64,000 bases of DNA. Source: Catajapyx aquilonaris (Eukaryota). Location: NCBI GenBank assembly GCA_000934665.2, contig KZ538196.1, positions 1 to 64,000 of the forward strand. Direction: 5' to 3'. Position 1 is the stretch's first letter. Each line of letters opens with the position of its first letter. Below the pieces are notes generated by a model that did not search any database, was not told where the DNA came from, and worked only from the letters and a program-made list of their open reading frames with translations. This document shows, one piece after another, positions 1-13,045 of the stretch. A program made the position numbers and the translations under genes.

Positions 1-3000
1 CACTGGCAAGCAAGAAGCCCTTGCATCTGGCCACACTGTCGGTCATGTTGGTCTCGACACTATCGCCATCTGTGCATGACTTTACGATGACGATTCTTAC
101 GAGAGAGGAAAAAAAAAAAATCAGAAATTTTGGGGCTCAAAAAAGTGCAGTTTCGGACGTTTCCTTCAGTCAGCGGACATAAGGCATTAATGTGCCAAGT
201 TTCAGTACTCTCAGTAGTCCAGCAGTGGGCTACGTAGCCCTGACATACAGACAATTTATTATGTAAGATTATTTCTCATTAACACGGCAGGGTTTTCCCC
301 AATTTCCCCACCATATACATCATAACATACATTGTAGTTGTGGCAGAATCATACTGTCAAATTCATCCGGCTGTTTACATGCTGCAAATTAATTTCGCCA
401 TAATTGATACGGATTGTCGAACCATTGTGACACCCCCTTCATCACGTGATCAAACCCCAATGTAAACACTGTTTTAAACACATGGCCGGTTCTAAAAAAA
501 ATTCCCAAAACGTTACAAACCTCTAGGGGGGAGAAAAAAAAATTGTGTGAGAGAGAGAACAATCCCAGGAAAAGTCATCCATCACCCTGCGAAACGTTTC
601 CAACGGCGTCCAAAAACCTACTTTAGGGGGGCCAAAGAAACCAGTCACCCACCCCCTCTTGTCCTGTCCAAGACGACCCCCGCTGGCAAACAGCCGTCGT
701 AAAGCCCCCCCTTCTTCTTCTCTCGGGGGGTCAAGGTGGGCTATGGAGGGGGGGGGGGATCTCTTTTCCGTTCGTTTTCTCCCTTCAAAACCAGGGATCC
801 TTTTTAACTTTGAGGGCTTTCTCAAATCCCCCTCAAAACCAACCACCAACAATATAAAAAAAAATTACTGAACACGCAAAATTCGCAATATCACAAAATC
901 GGAACAATGCACATCGAATTATTACGTCCCTTTGTGAAGCTTTCACTCTAAAATTAATTTGCAAACTAATTAATATCACAGCTGTCAATATCCTCATTTT
1001 TTTAAAAATTATAACTAGTTGTACAACCAATCCGCATTGCGAAGGCCGAGCGTTTGAATTGGGCGGAACTCATCTAACCAAACCCACAGCTCCCATTGTC
1101 TACACTTATGCCACCCTTTCAAAAAAAAAAAAAAAAAGTGTCATAAAAAAATTTCTGTGCATACCGCCCACATATATATGCTGCATATATGAAGTCTAGT
1201 CACGGGTTGGAAAATGGACGCGCCCACAAATCAGGGTTGCCAGATTCCTAATTACACCTAGCTTGCTTTTTTGACTCGTTCAAAAAAAACTGTCTTGACC
1301 CCAAGTCCATATTTGCAGAGTGAAATCAAGGGGTCGGAGGGACTGCTGGGGAAGGATGCGGGTTTGCACTGATTTCCTTAGAAGCGTCGGAGCCGTTTGT
1401 GGACACACTGAATCAAGGAAGTTTGCACAAAAAAATTCGGTCCATTACACTACCTAAATAAGTGCAATCCATTTTCATTGGACGTTTACCAAATATTTTT
1501 AACAGTGTGGCACTGCTGGCATGCCAGGCAGCGTGAAAGTAGGCTACACTAAAGGCATCAATCTGCTAAATGCATCAACCTCATCGCAAAAGTTTTTTTT
1601 TGCAAGGTCGGCTCCCCACATGTTGGCTCGATAATCTTATCTCTTACCAAGTGTAAAAATTCCGCAATCGCAACCGGCGGAAAAGGCGCAATAGCCGTTC
1701 CCCTCCAATCAATCAAAGTTTATAAGCAGCTTTTGCACAAATTCCTTGTCACTCTTCCAAATAGTAGAGGAAAAAATATATAGAAAAATCCAACCCCCGC
1801 AGTTGATCGAACCGCTAATTAAATATCGGGGCAGGTTATGGGGGCTTATCAAATGGCAATATCATGTCTCACAAGTTTCGCCAAATTGGAGAGCCAGGTC
1901 ACGTTTTTGCAGGAAAAGCTACCTGTCATTTTTCCTCCAAGTGTACACACGCTCCTTTTTTAAAAAAAAAAAAAAATGTAGAAATGTCCAGCCCCCCCCC
2001 CCTTTTTTTTACCTACTGGCTCCTGACAGTCTGAAAGAAGTGGCAGCACATATTTGGACCCCACCAAAAAATGTCCCCGGGGGCTGTCTCCTTGGCAGCC
2101 CTTCACACAACCGTCTGCCAAGTACACCTCCCCTTAAGTAAAAATATGTCGCATGTCCCACATACGAAGAAACGCGCACCTTTTCTTTTATAAATGTCAC
2201 GCACGATTTGTCCGGTCAAGTCCATTCATGCTACTACTCCCCCCTCGAAATCCGATCCCCTCTATTGGCAACCCTGCTTTTTTTTCTTCTTTTCCTTTCC
2301 TCACTTGAAGGAGAGTCTCTTCTGGGCTCTGCCAAGATAATGACTCGTACCCAGGGCTTATCTCGGCTGGAAACCGGCCCCTCCCCGTCTCCCCTCCAGC
2401 CCTGAGATAAGCAGCTTCACACGGTTGCCACTTATGGCCCACCCTTTTTTTTTTCGGGGAGAGAGAGAGCCCCTAGCCATGTCATCCGGAGTTATATTGA
2501 AGTTGGCATCACTGGGGAATGCCTGACAGGTAGTGCCGGGTGTGTAAACCTGGGGCGACTTCTTGGGGTGATTTGTGGTATGCCACGAGGGGGTCTTCAA
2601 GGACTGAGAAAGCTACCATCATAGTAAAAAAAAAACGAACGCGCCTTATTTCCAACACTACAGGATTGGCAACACTGGCATCGACTGTAGTGTCGCTCTT
2701 CCGGCAACTCCGTGAACTAATTGCTGTCAGCTTTATTTCCATTGGGGGGGTCGTTCTCTCTCCCTTGGCAGCCATCTCTTTTGACACGGTCACTTGTTCA
2801 AAAGCAGTGGTCACCCGTCCGCATTCCACAAATCCAGACACAAGTGTCAGACACGGTTTTTCCATGGGGTTTTTCCCCCTGCGGAAATCTCGGCAGGGGG
2901 TCAACCCTAGGGGTAAAGGAGGGGTCGAAACTGGTGACCACCACCAACCCACCAGTCCAAAAGGCAGGTGCTGTGAACCTCACCCCCACGAAAAAAGGCC

Positions 3001-5489
3001 CACCCCTGAAGGGAAATATGTTTGAAAAAAAAAAACTTGCGGTCTAATGAGACTCCAGGCCTCCATCTTTTACAGCCATCACACACACATACAGGTTGCT
3101 CCGGTAATAAAGTCATTCGTGTGAGGAATGAGGCATTTCATGCTTAACGGGGGCGGCTTGTCCTGCCAAAATGGGTGATTCTGGACGTCAAAAACCATTG
3201 TGCGAACAGCCCAACGACAAAAGACATTGGGTTGAAAATTCGACACTTTTTTTTATCCTTCAAATCGCCCTAGTTTGTGAGATGCTGGGAGGTCTTCCCC
3301 TAGCCATCTTTTCTCCTTCTCTGGCTCCTTTTGCTTGGACAGAGAGTAAACAGAAGCCACATGGCGTTAGGGTAAACCGTGGGGCTCAGAACCCCTCTCA
3401 CAAGCCTGGGCCCCCTTTTTGAAACGACAAAAAAAAAAAATGTTGTGCTAGGTCACCAGCCGTGCCCAATTGTTACGCACAAAAGTTACGGTCGTTTCCG
3501 CAAATGCCTAGCATGCAAAGGTGTGCTCTGCATTAATTGAAAAATAATTACGGGGTATATGACATGTCCCAAAAAAACGGTAGGATTCGCCTGTTGACCA
3601 TGAGACACGCCTTTGCTGACAGCTAACAATGTGATGGACAAAAATGTACAGCTTGTCCCGGCTCACATGGGGGGCTCCGTATCTGCCAAAAGTGTTGACC
3701 TTTTCCCTCGTGACACTTCCCAAATCGGATGAGTCTTCCACACAAAAATTCCCTCCGTGGCAAATCCGAGTGTCGCCCAGATTTTCTGTAATCTTTCCAC
3801 CAAATCTGGTGGGTTCGTGGGTAAGGGGGTAAGGTCGACAGCTTTCAATCAGTGACGTTTCCCCCCCTCCCAATATTACCCATAAATCCTTCAGGAGCTC
3901 TTGGAGTGCGCTTATTGCAGGAGACAATAAAGAAGGGGCTGGAAATGGCTGTGGTGCCAGATGTGACAGGTTCAGTGAACCAAACCCAGGTGATAATGAA
4001 TTGTGGGGATGACAAAGCCGGCTAAAGGCGACAGGAGAAAAAAATTATGCGACCAACATTCCGCCATGGCAACAATTGAGTGCGTATTACCCGGCAATGT
4101 TAATTTTGCATAACTTACACGGGGGTGGTGGCTCTTCAATTTGCACGGTAGTAAGCCATTCTGCTGGTTAGTGGTCACGCGTCGTAAAAATTTCAAAGCA
4201 GTCTGTGCAACACTTTATATGCAAATGGCCACTTATCCCACCTGTCCTTTTTGCAGGACACTGCCCCCTTCTCGGTTATAACTGCACGTGAAAAAATATT
4301 GGGCGCCATGTTGGGGCCAAAAAATTTCTTTTGCGAAACTTTATACTTTATCGTCCAAATAACACGACGCTGACCTCACGTCGCATAAAAAAACACATTT
4401 TCCAACATTACATCGTAATATTTCATAACGCCGTACTGTACCTATCATAAATCACGAAATGGCCCTACCTGGAATGTAAGTGCCATCTGTAATAATGACG
4501 AGCAATTTTCTGTCAATTGCAACAATACCATGGGATGAATAAGGTATTGGGAACCCTCCCGAAGAAAAAAAATAATTTAATCGCGGAATTTTTGTTACTT
4601 GTAGTTGATGGCCCGTTAGATGGTTCAGTCTGATATTGCCCCATACCTGTCTGAGGAAATAGGTTGGCCTCCATCATAGGCGCGCCTTATCACATGACAG
4701 GGCTGCCACTTTTCTCTCCCACGTCAGATCGCCTTCCCCCCCAAAAAAGTGGCCAACTTGCCCCCCCCCCCCATGCTTTTTTTTCCACATCCCTCCAAAA
4801 AATGCGATAACCTCTTCCAAAATTGACAGAAAATATTTTGTGGCAGTGACACATACTGCCAACACACCATGAAAAATGTGTGACTTCGGCCCCAGACACG
4901 TGCCAGATAGCGGGAGATGCAGTAATTTTGGGAGAAAATTTTTGTGGAGGGGGGGAAAAAGGAAGGAAGCACATTTGAAATCCATTAGGTTCCGATTGAG
5001 ATAAAGCCAAAGTGGCGTCTAGACCAGACCGGCGCCTGCTTGGTTCTCCAGAGAAAGAGAGAGAGAGAGAGAAAAAAATTTCCCTCACAGAAAATAATAA
5101 GAAGCGATTGCATGCACGCGAAACTTAACCCCGCAAAACCTTCCCCCCCAAAAATAAATATTTTTCTGACAGATTTTACTCCAAAGTTCTGTAACTGCTT
5201 TGGACTGCCACCCTCCGGTACTAATATAAGAGTGGGGGTTATTTCTGGGGGCGGTAAACGGTTCGCCCTCAGGGCTTGTCAACAACCTTTGACCTCCCTT
5301 AAGACGATAATTGACTTCACTAAGAGACTGTCCATGATGGCCGGCCCATCCTGACCTAGCTTGTCGGCGCCGTTTGTCGCCCCAACCGAAACTGGTCGTA
5401 TCCGGACTAAGTGAGGAAATCCTCCGGAAGTCTGTGATGTAACTGGGGGCCCAGCAGGAGATTTGAGAGATGAGTATTGTTGCACTTAC

Positions 5490-5596
5490 CATGGAGACGG
5501 GGATGGGCCCTGCGGTACCGTTGGCGTAGTGGTACGGCGCCACCAGGTAGCCCATGTTGAGGGCGGCCGGGTGCGGCACTGGCTCCACCGGTTTGC
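5490..5596 (-). CDS. pan: TCF/pangolin coding exon 3, (S)KPVEPVPHPAALNMGYLVAPYHYANGTAGPIPVSM
   Basis: Acceptor ...tatccttAG and donor GTAAGT. 107 nt, phase 1->0, matching the phase-1 end of exon 2. The Pro/Tyr-rich 'MGYLVAPY.Y.NG' segment is typical of arthropod TCF N-termini. Downstream exons (HMG box) are not in the window. Confidence 0.85.
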
Positions 5597-5617
5597 CTAA
5601 GGATACAGGAGAAGACA

Positions 5618-6410
5618 GGTCAAATCAGGGTTCAAATCAAGGATCAAACAGAAGTTCAAATTTAGCCCCAAAAGAAAGGTCCAAATATGGACTCAAATGT
5701 CGAATAAAACGCACTGGTTCAAAGGATCACAAGTTGACTTAAATCTAGGCTCAAATACTGGTTTCAAAATTTATCACATTAAGGTTCAAATATTCGTTCA
5801 AAAATCATCAAATTGAGGTTCAAATACTGGTTCAGAGATAGGTTCAAAAAATGATTGAAAAACTGGCTCAAATGTCGAGTAAAATACTGGCTCAAATGTT
5901 GAGTGAAACACGGGTACAAACGATTCAAAACTGGCTCACATCAAGGTTCAAAAAAATACTGGTTCAAAATTATCAAATTTAGGTTCAAAAAATACTGGTT
6001 CAAAATGATCAAACTTAGGTTCAAAAATACTGGTTCAAAATGATCAAATTTAGGTTCAAAAATTATTGAAATACTTGGGCTCAAATGTTGAGTAAAACAC
6101 TGGTCAAAAGGATCCCAGACTTACTCAAATCAAGGCTCAAATACTGGTTCAAAAATGATCAAATTGTGGTTCAAATACGATGGTTTAAAAAATGATCAAA
6201 TTGATGTTCAAATACTGGTTCAAAAAAGGATCAAATTGTGGTTCAAATACTGGTTTTAAAAAGGATCAAATTGTGGTTCAAATACTGGTTTTAAAAAGGA
6301 TCAAATTGAGGTTCAAATACTGGCTAAAATTGTATTTCAAATAATGCTTCAAATGCTGACTAAAATTGCGTTCAAATACCAACTAAAATTGTGTTCAAAT
6401 AAAGGTTCTA
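5618..6410. repeat. Degenerate minisatellite (~33-35 bp, consensus about GGTTCAAATACTGGTTCAAAAATGATCAAATT) in TCF intron 2
   Basis: Many reiterated ggttcaaa / atactgg / gatcaaatt blocks, most regular at about 6140-6320. Confidence 0.9.
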
Positions 6411-7332
6411 ATAGAGCTCCAAATAAAGTGTAAGATAATGCTTCATACAGTACCGGTAGCTCTTTTAATGCTTCAAGTGTACGTTCAAATGCGAACTAAA
6501 AGTTTCAACTACTGCTACTGGTTCGAAATATCAATAGTTTCAAGCAATACATCTCAAAATTGGTTCGAGTTTAAATATTTGGTGAAACAGGTATAAATAT
6601 CTGACGAAAGTTTCGCACACAAATTAGGCCGACCATTTCAAGACCGCCACGCCGGTACATTGATGATACATGTGCTGTACTGGTCATGTGTGACATGAAA
6701 GCACGTGTTCTGCGACATGTCCACGCATATTTTTGTTGTTGGCTTCTGTCCAGTGACACATCCCCCGACGACGAACCACGTCTAGTTTCATTCGGTTCCG
6801 TATAAAATGTGACCGCGTATTGTTCACAAGCGTGGTCCGGGTCAGCCTGCAACGTTGTCCGCCTTCAATGAGCGTGTAACGAGGCTCGCAAAGTGTCTTT
6901 TGCGGCGAGTAATGTTTACGCATTGGGGTCAGGGTCGGCTACAATAATTATGGCCGTGTTTACGATGCCGACCAATGCAAGTCAATGATGCGGGCAGACT
7001 TCTAGGGCCGCGTTTTATCTGGCGTACACAAAGTGCTCATGCCCAAGATAATGTTCTCTGATGAAATAAGTCGTATCCGCAACCAAAAAATCAGGGAGAG
7101 GATTTGAAGCTGGCAAAAGGCTCAAAAACCCATGAGGTCACTCAAGGGTCGTTATTGTTCAGAGAGGCCTGGGCACTTGAAATTCCCCCCCAACCCTCCT
7201 GTGTCCTTCTTTTCTTTCTTTCTTTTTTTTACCCCCGCCTTCCTGCAAACAAGGCGGCCCTAAAATGGGGCTGGTCTTTTCTCCGGGTTTGAACCCTTGA
7301 TGGATTATAATAATGAGGAGGGTCATACTTAC

Positions 7333-7414
7333 TGAAGACTGGCGATGGGTCAGTCCGCGCGGATGATTTACTTGTTGCATAGCTCTGGCTGGCGATGCTC
7401 TGAGGGCTCTTGTC
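7333..7414 (-). CDS. pan: TCF/pangolin coding exon 2, DKSPQSIASQSYATSKSSARTDPSPVF
   Basis: Acceptor ccccctacAG and donor GTAAGT. 82 nt, phase 0->1; bridges exon 1 (phase 0) and exon 3 (phase 1) exactly. Confidence 0.85.
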
Positions 7415-9249
7415 CTGTAGGGGGGATAAAGTCATGAAATGCTGGAGTGAACAATTCTTATATTATCATACTAACTAATCCACTTATTCCCTCCGTCTGC
7501 TTATATGTCCGTCACCTAGGTAGTAGTTAGCAGTTTTCACTTTCCCCGTTCAATATGAGACAACATTTATCCACGTGCTGGTGGGCTTTGTCCGCGAGGT
7601 GACTCAACACCAACGTGCATGTAGTACTACTTTCCCCCTGAGAGTAGCAGTAGTGTGCAGAGGCTGTGCGCCAACTGGTAGGGGCCTATGTACTACGTCC
7701 ACGTTGAGAGATGGGCCAAGCAGTGTTGCCAAAATTTGGCTACTAGTTTAGTATCATTCAGCACTAGCTGTATGAATTAGCATGTAAACAACTGTGCATT
7801 GCATAGATGTTATTTGTTATGACATATATTTTTTTACATTTGTCATGTCCCAAGTGGCAAATAAAAGTGAACATTGAACTTGGGCCAAGTGCTCTGACCG
7901 ATGTTACTGCATAACAATCAAACTGCTTGGAGGCAAAAGGGCTCATACGTTATCAGGTAGTGTGGCGGGAATGTAAAAAAAAAATATATTATGCATGACC
8001 AGGTACAGTAATGGCAAACTTCACCGTCCCATCACGAATCGCCGGGGCTGCCGTTTTAATCCATTGGTGTTTGCCCATCTGTGGATTCAGATTAAATGAG
8101 GCGAACTGCAATGCGTAATAATGACAGTGCGGTGCAGGACTAATGTGATCACAAATTGTTGTTCGTTATAGTTATTATTATCCCGGGGATGACTCGACTG
8201 TCACCGATGTTTTGTATGACCCCGACTTACAACCCGAAATTGTTGGCAGCAACAACAATTATTAACAAGTATACTTGGCCGCAGAAATATGGAATTAATA
8301 AGAGTAATTACTTGCATGAATTATTATAGCGTGAGTATACAGACTGATGTTTGCACTGTAAGCTTACAGTTGAATTGCACAAAGTGTCGCACTTTTATCT
8401 TTCGTATCGCAAACAAGCGGCCCTTGATATGTTCAGTAACCCTAAAATGAAACATTATATCTGTCGCGCTATGTGTAAAAATGTCTATCAAGCTATGCTG
8501 CCATTTATAGACTTTAAACTAGCATAAAAAAACCCCGATGGCTTCCATGAACTGGTCACAGGACACGGGCAACAATGAACCTTCGCAATTGCGAGCTCAC
8601 AATGCAGCAATAACAATCCTGTGTACGTGTTGAGCACGCAGATGGCATTCAACAATAAACCTCTGGTGACATGCCGTAAACCAGGTGCAACAATAAACCA
8701 CTGTTATCTGAACTGCTGTATTACAATAATAGAACCAATGAGTTAAAATTATTCCCAAGAGGTATTGACAAACTGTTAAAACCTTTAAAAAAGCATTGTT
8801 GAAATTGTACTTGCAACGTTTCAAAAAATAATTTTGTTGTATAGCAATATTGCCTGAACAATATCACATATTACACAGATGTTAAATGTATTGCACTATA
8901 AAATTATAAGATTAAAAGATTGTACTGAGATTGCACCAACAATGCTGATTATTGCTTTCTGGATTTAGGTAGGGTTGCAAATATAATTTGGCTAAACTAA
9001 TAAAGGTAGTGGATTATGCCAACAAATTTTAATATTTGGCAACAATTTGCGTAGCAGTTATTTGTGTTGTTGTCCGTTACTTGTCTGGCCTACAACAATG
9101 TAACAAGCAGTACTGGAATTTGAATTGTTGTAAACTCTCGATGGTTCACACTGTTCAGTTGCTAACTGTTTACCACAGCAATAAATTACAAGAGAAGCAA
9201 CAATCTCTTCAAACTAACTGCTAGAGTAATTCTTCTCATAAACTGTGGG

Positions 9250-9808
9250 GGTTCACACGGGCGTCGTTGTCTTTCGTCTCTGGAGTGGTCCAAACCCAAT
9301 CTCGGTCGCTACCCAGTATTACCAACCGACAAAATAATATTGGGTTTCATTCGGCAACCTGAGTTGGCAACTGGCAACCAAAACAGTGCGAACAACCTCA
9401 ACAACAAAAGCAAGTGTGAACCCAGCTTTCAACAACAACCGGGGACAGAAAGCACAACCACCGTGTGAACTAGCTTACTAGAAACCGGCAACCCACCCAA
9501 ACGACCAAAGACACGACAATCGTTTAGTGTCGTCTTCCTTTGTGTCTTTCATCGTTTTGAGTGTCCTGCCGGTTTATAGTCGGTTTATAGGCAACCCACC
9601 TAAACGCCCAAAGACAAAGACAACCAGTGTGAACCCAACCTACTAGAAACAGAGCCCAAACGACCAAAGACGCAAAAGACAACAACCACCGTGTGAACCC
9701 AGCTTCCTAGAAACCGGAAAACGATCAAAGATGCAAAAGACAACAACCACCGTGTTTCCTAGAAACCGGCAGCCCACCGAAACGACCCAAAGACATCCCG
9801 TGTGAACC
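9250..9808. mobile_element. Non-autonomous DNA element (possibly Harbinger-like) with internally amplified ends
   Basis: Inverted ends GGTTCACACGGG (9250) and CCCGTGTGAACC (9797-9808). Internal direct copies of GTGTGAAC at about 9414, 9463, 9627 and 9691, plus repeated aaacgaccaaagac units. Confidence 0.55.
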
Positions 9809-9880
9809 TTCCCCGGTCCATCCACAAACACACACACACTCACACATTAACAGTCTTTGTCTTGGTTAATTTTTTTTTAC

Positions 9881-10036
9881 CTCCTCGGACTCGGTGATAA
9901 GCCCGAGCTTATCCTCCTTAAGGTTGTCCGAGGCCCTCTTCTCCTCCTCCCCTTCGTCTTTGAAGACCTTGACCTCGTCCGTGCTGCCCAGGTCATCTCC
10001 TCCGCCGCTGCCGCCGCCAGAGTTCACATGCGGCAT
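9881..10036 (-). CDS. pan: TCF/LEF (pangolin) coding exon 1, beta-catenin/Armadillo-binding domain
   Basis: [52 protein letters not shown] is the diagnostic TCF N-terminus. Ends at a GT donor, phase 0. Confidence 0.96.
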
Positions 10037-10650
10037 GCTGGGTACCGCCACCGCCACCACAAAACACCAATAACACTCTCACACTTGTTGTGCACTACTC
10101 ATTGCTACAGCGGCCCCCTCTTCTGTTGTGACTTGGAGGGCAGCAACACCACCACGGACGGCGGCGCTGTTGTTGTTGTATAGAGAGTGCAGCAGCCCCC
10201 AAGCCAAAGCAGGCCCGCTCTGGCTCTCTCTTCGGAGCGAACCGCCTCTTCTCGCCGGGCTCTCTCTCTCTAGCCGCTCTAGCTGCGCTCCTACCAACCG
10301 CCCCAACCGCCCCCCATCGGCTGGCTGGCGCTCCAAAGGCCGACGCCCAATCAGCGCCTGGCTGGGCTTTGATGTCGCTCCCCTCCCTCACTCCCTCACC
10401 CCCCCTCAGAGGAGAGGAAATGGGGTGGCTGGGTGGAAAAGGGAACCCCCCTCCACCAGCCAGCCACTCTTTTTCCAACAACCACCCTCTACTACCCCTA
10501 GCTCTCTTCCATGCCAGGCGAAGTCGCCCACCACCTACGGCTCCCTCTGTACACGACCCATTCCCGCCATTTACTGAGGGAGCCAGGGGGACCAACACTC
10601 TCTTTTTTAGGTGGGTCAAGTGTGCACGTGTGGCAGGTGCGAACACTGTA
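10037..10650 (-). promoter_or_regulatory. TCF 5' UTR / promoter region
   Basis: GC/CpG-rich stretch directly upstream of the ATG with (GA)n tracts, a CCAAT motif at about 10347 and a CTTTGATG TCF-type site at 10367-10374. The TSS cannot be placed. Confidence 0.5.
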
Positions 10651-10831
10651 CATTCAGGGGGTGTACGAGTTACGATAAGTGTAGCGATGAGGGTAGGGCC
10701 ATGATCTTCAAGTTACGACAACTGTGGCGCTGAGGGTTAGGGCAAGATCTTGTTGGTATGACTCAAATCACGATAAGTAGACCCCCCAAAATCTTGGTGT
10801 CAAATCACGATAAGTGTAGCGCAGGGCCTAA

Positions 10832-11133
10832 TTTGGATGGTGTTATGCAATAATGGGTCAACCCACACATTTGGATGGTGTTAAGCAATAATGGGTCAAC
10901 CCACACATTTGGATGGTGATATGCAATAATGGGTCAACCCACACATTTGGATAGTGTTATGCAATAATGGGTCAACCCACACATTTGGATGGTGTTAAGC
11001 AATAATGGGTCAACCCACACATTTGGATGGTGTTATGCAATAATGGGTCAACCCACACATTTGGATGGTGGTATGCAATAATGGGTCAACCCACACATTT
11101 GGATGGTGATATGCAATAATGGGTCAACCCACA
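10832..11133. repeat. 38-bp tandem repeat, 8 copies (TTTGGATGGTGTTATGCAATAATGGGTCAACCCACACA)
   Basis: Units start at 10832, 10870, 10908, 10946, 10984, 11022, 11060 and 11098, with only 0-2 substitutions each. Confidence 0.97.
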
Positions 11134-11345
11134 AAAAAATGTCAAAACTGAGTTAAGCCCAGGAACATACACCCAAATGATACTACTTCATTATGTTGAA
11201 ATCAAGGTTGCGAAATCTGCATACTTCTGCCATAAACGACCGAAAAGAACACTGAATTAATTTCGTAGGTATGACCTTCAAAGCCCGTTTTATCTCAAAA
11301 CTGGTCTCATGTGGGTTGACTCATTATTGCACAACAGCGTCCAAG
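11098..11345. mobile_element. MITE whose left terminal inverted repeat is the unit of the 38-bp array
   Basis: gtgggttgactcattattgcacaacagcgtccaa (about 11311-11344) is a near-exact reverse complement of the repeat unit. The whole structure is flanked by ggccta...taggcc and nested in a host repeat carrying recurring GATAAGTGTAGC motifs (about 10670-11590). Confidence 0.7.
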
Positions 11346-13045
11346 TAGGCCCAAAATATTGGTGTCAAGTGACGATAAGTGTAGCGCAGGGGCTAATTTT
11401 GTGCGGTCCGAATTAAGTAGAGTGCAGTTGCTCCGATTTCTGCAAATTCTCCAAAATAGGGCTCATTTTTCAGCCCTTTTCCAAATTTTCGAGCATGGGG
11501 AGGTTTTGGAACACAATTTTTTTATGGCTTATACATTAGGGCTAATGAATACCCCCAATATCTTTCAAGTCATGATAAGTGTAGCTCTAAAGGCATGGCT
11601 TTTTGGGGGGGTCTTCTTAAGGTTATACAGTTAAACCCTGCTAACGTCAAGGGACCGCGGAAAAGAGTCTGTTATATCCGGATTCAACTGTATTTAAATT
11701 GAGTGTAGCCAAGGCGATAAAAGTGCCGGAGGGTGTATCAGCTATACATATGAAAGAAGGTTTAAATAAAATTGTCAGGTTGTGAAAACAGAGTAAGTAG
11801 AAATCTCGGAGCAAAAAAGACAAGCTTATCTCGCATTAGCAAAATGTAATCTGGAAGCGCATAAGTGTAAAAATGACCACATCGTTACTTGTATGACTCA
11901 GTTGCTGTGACTTACTCTCATTATCAGCACAGCCGAATGATTATTTACAACAACACAAGTGCGAGTTTTCATTGCTTACGTTCATTTTTTTGAAGTGTAT
12001 GCCACAAACCCATTATCAGCATTAATGTAATATCCATCAATACATTACCGGTAATTACATATAATTATAATGGAAAGTCTCAATAATTAGTTTAGTCGGA
12101 CCGTAACAAATAGCTTTAAAAATATTCAAATTCTTTTACCCGTAATTAATTTACATAGATCAATAATTGTGAAATTTTTCCGCCAAATCTGCATTAAATC
12201 AGCCCAGTGTACTTCGCATATTTCTTCAACAATAGTTCATGTACGCAGCAATGCAATTAATTGAAGACATGCTCAGTACAACGTGAAATCGAGTAGATTA
12301 TAATTATAACAGTTTTAAGCCAAATTAAGCTATTAGCTGCCAAATTTTCTCAACATGATTGTGCTCGGGATATTTATGTGCAAACAGTAAGTAACCTGAA
12401 CATATCCACAATTATTTCAACAATTTAACGTGTGCTCCAGTCTAAAACTAGCCTGGTATAATAAACGACTTCTATAGTTTTAACCTTTAAAACGAGTCAT
12501 AAATCCTCGCTACAAAATTTGCTGTATAACCGTGCAGAAAAGCTGTCGTCGCAATTGCACCTTATCATTACAGATAATAACACTACCCGCNNNNNNNNNN
12601 NNCCCCCCCCCCCCCAGCTTGTTTCTCCACAAGTATTTTATCCTAAATATCAAGCAACCATTCCTGCTATAGCCGTCATGCTGGTTGCCACCTTACCAGG
12701 AAAAACTCCTCTAGTTAAATTTTTTATGGATGAAATTAACGACGCTTATTTATCCTTACAGTATATCGAAATTAAATGGATACAGATGACGCTATTATAA
12801 TGCAAACCTGGAAACTTGTTTGGATTGTAAATATGCACTTCTACACACTTTTTTCTCTCCCTTTTATTCCCCCCATTGAGGTGATTCAAACACTTTCTGT
12901 TTTTTTGATGGAACCGGCGCCATTTTACTGTCCGAGAGAGAAAAAAGACGGCGACAAAAAATAATAAAGGACCAAAAAAAAATGTCCTTTGATCAACACG
13001 TGACTTTGACAAAATCGATCTCATTTGTGACACAACCGGTCCCTC

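Noticed and set aside
2358..2605. Possible additional TCF exon (SLKTPSWH...)
   Set aside because: A plausible phase-0 acceptor exists, but there is no convincing donor or homology.
5085..5489. Open frame continuing past the TCF exon-3 donor
   Set aside because: There is a strong GTAAGT donor at 5489 and no recognisable TCF similarity in the extension. An alternative donor cannot be excluded without RNA data.
10832..11133. CRISPR-like appearance of the 38-bp repeats
   Set aside because: The units are directly adjacent with no unique spacers, there are no cas genes, and the context is eukaryotic.
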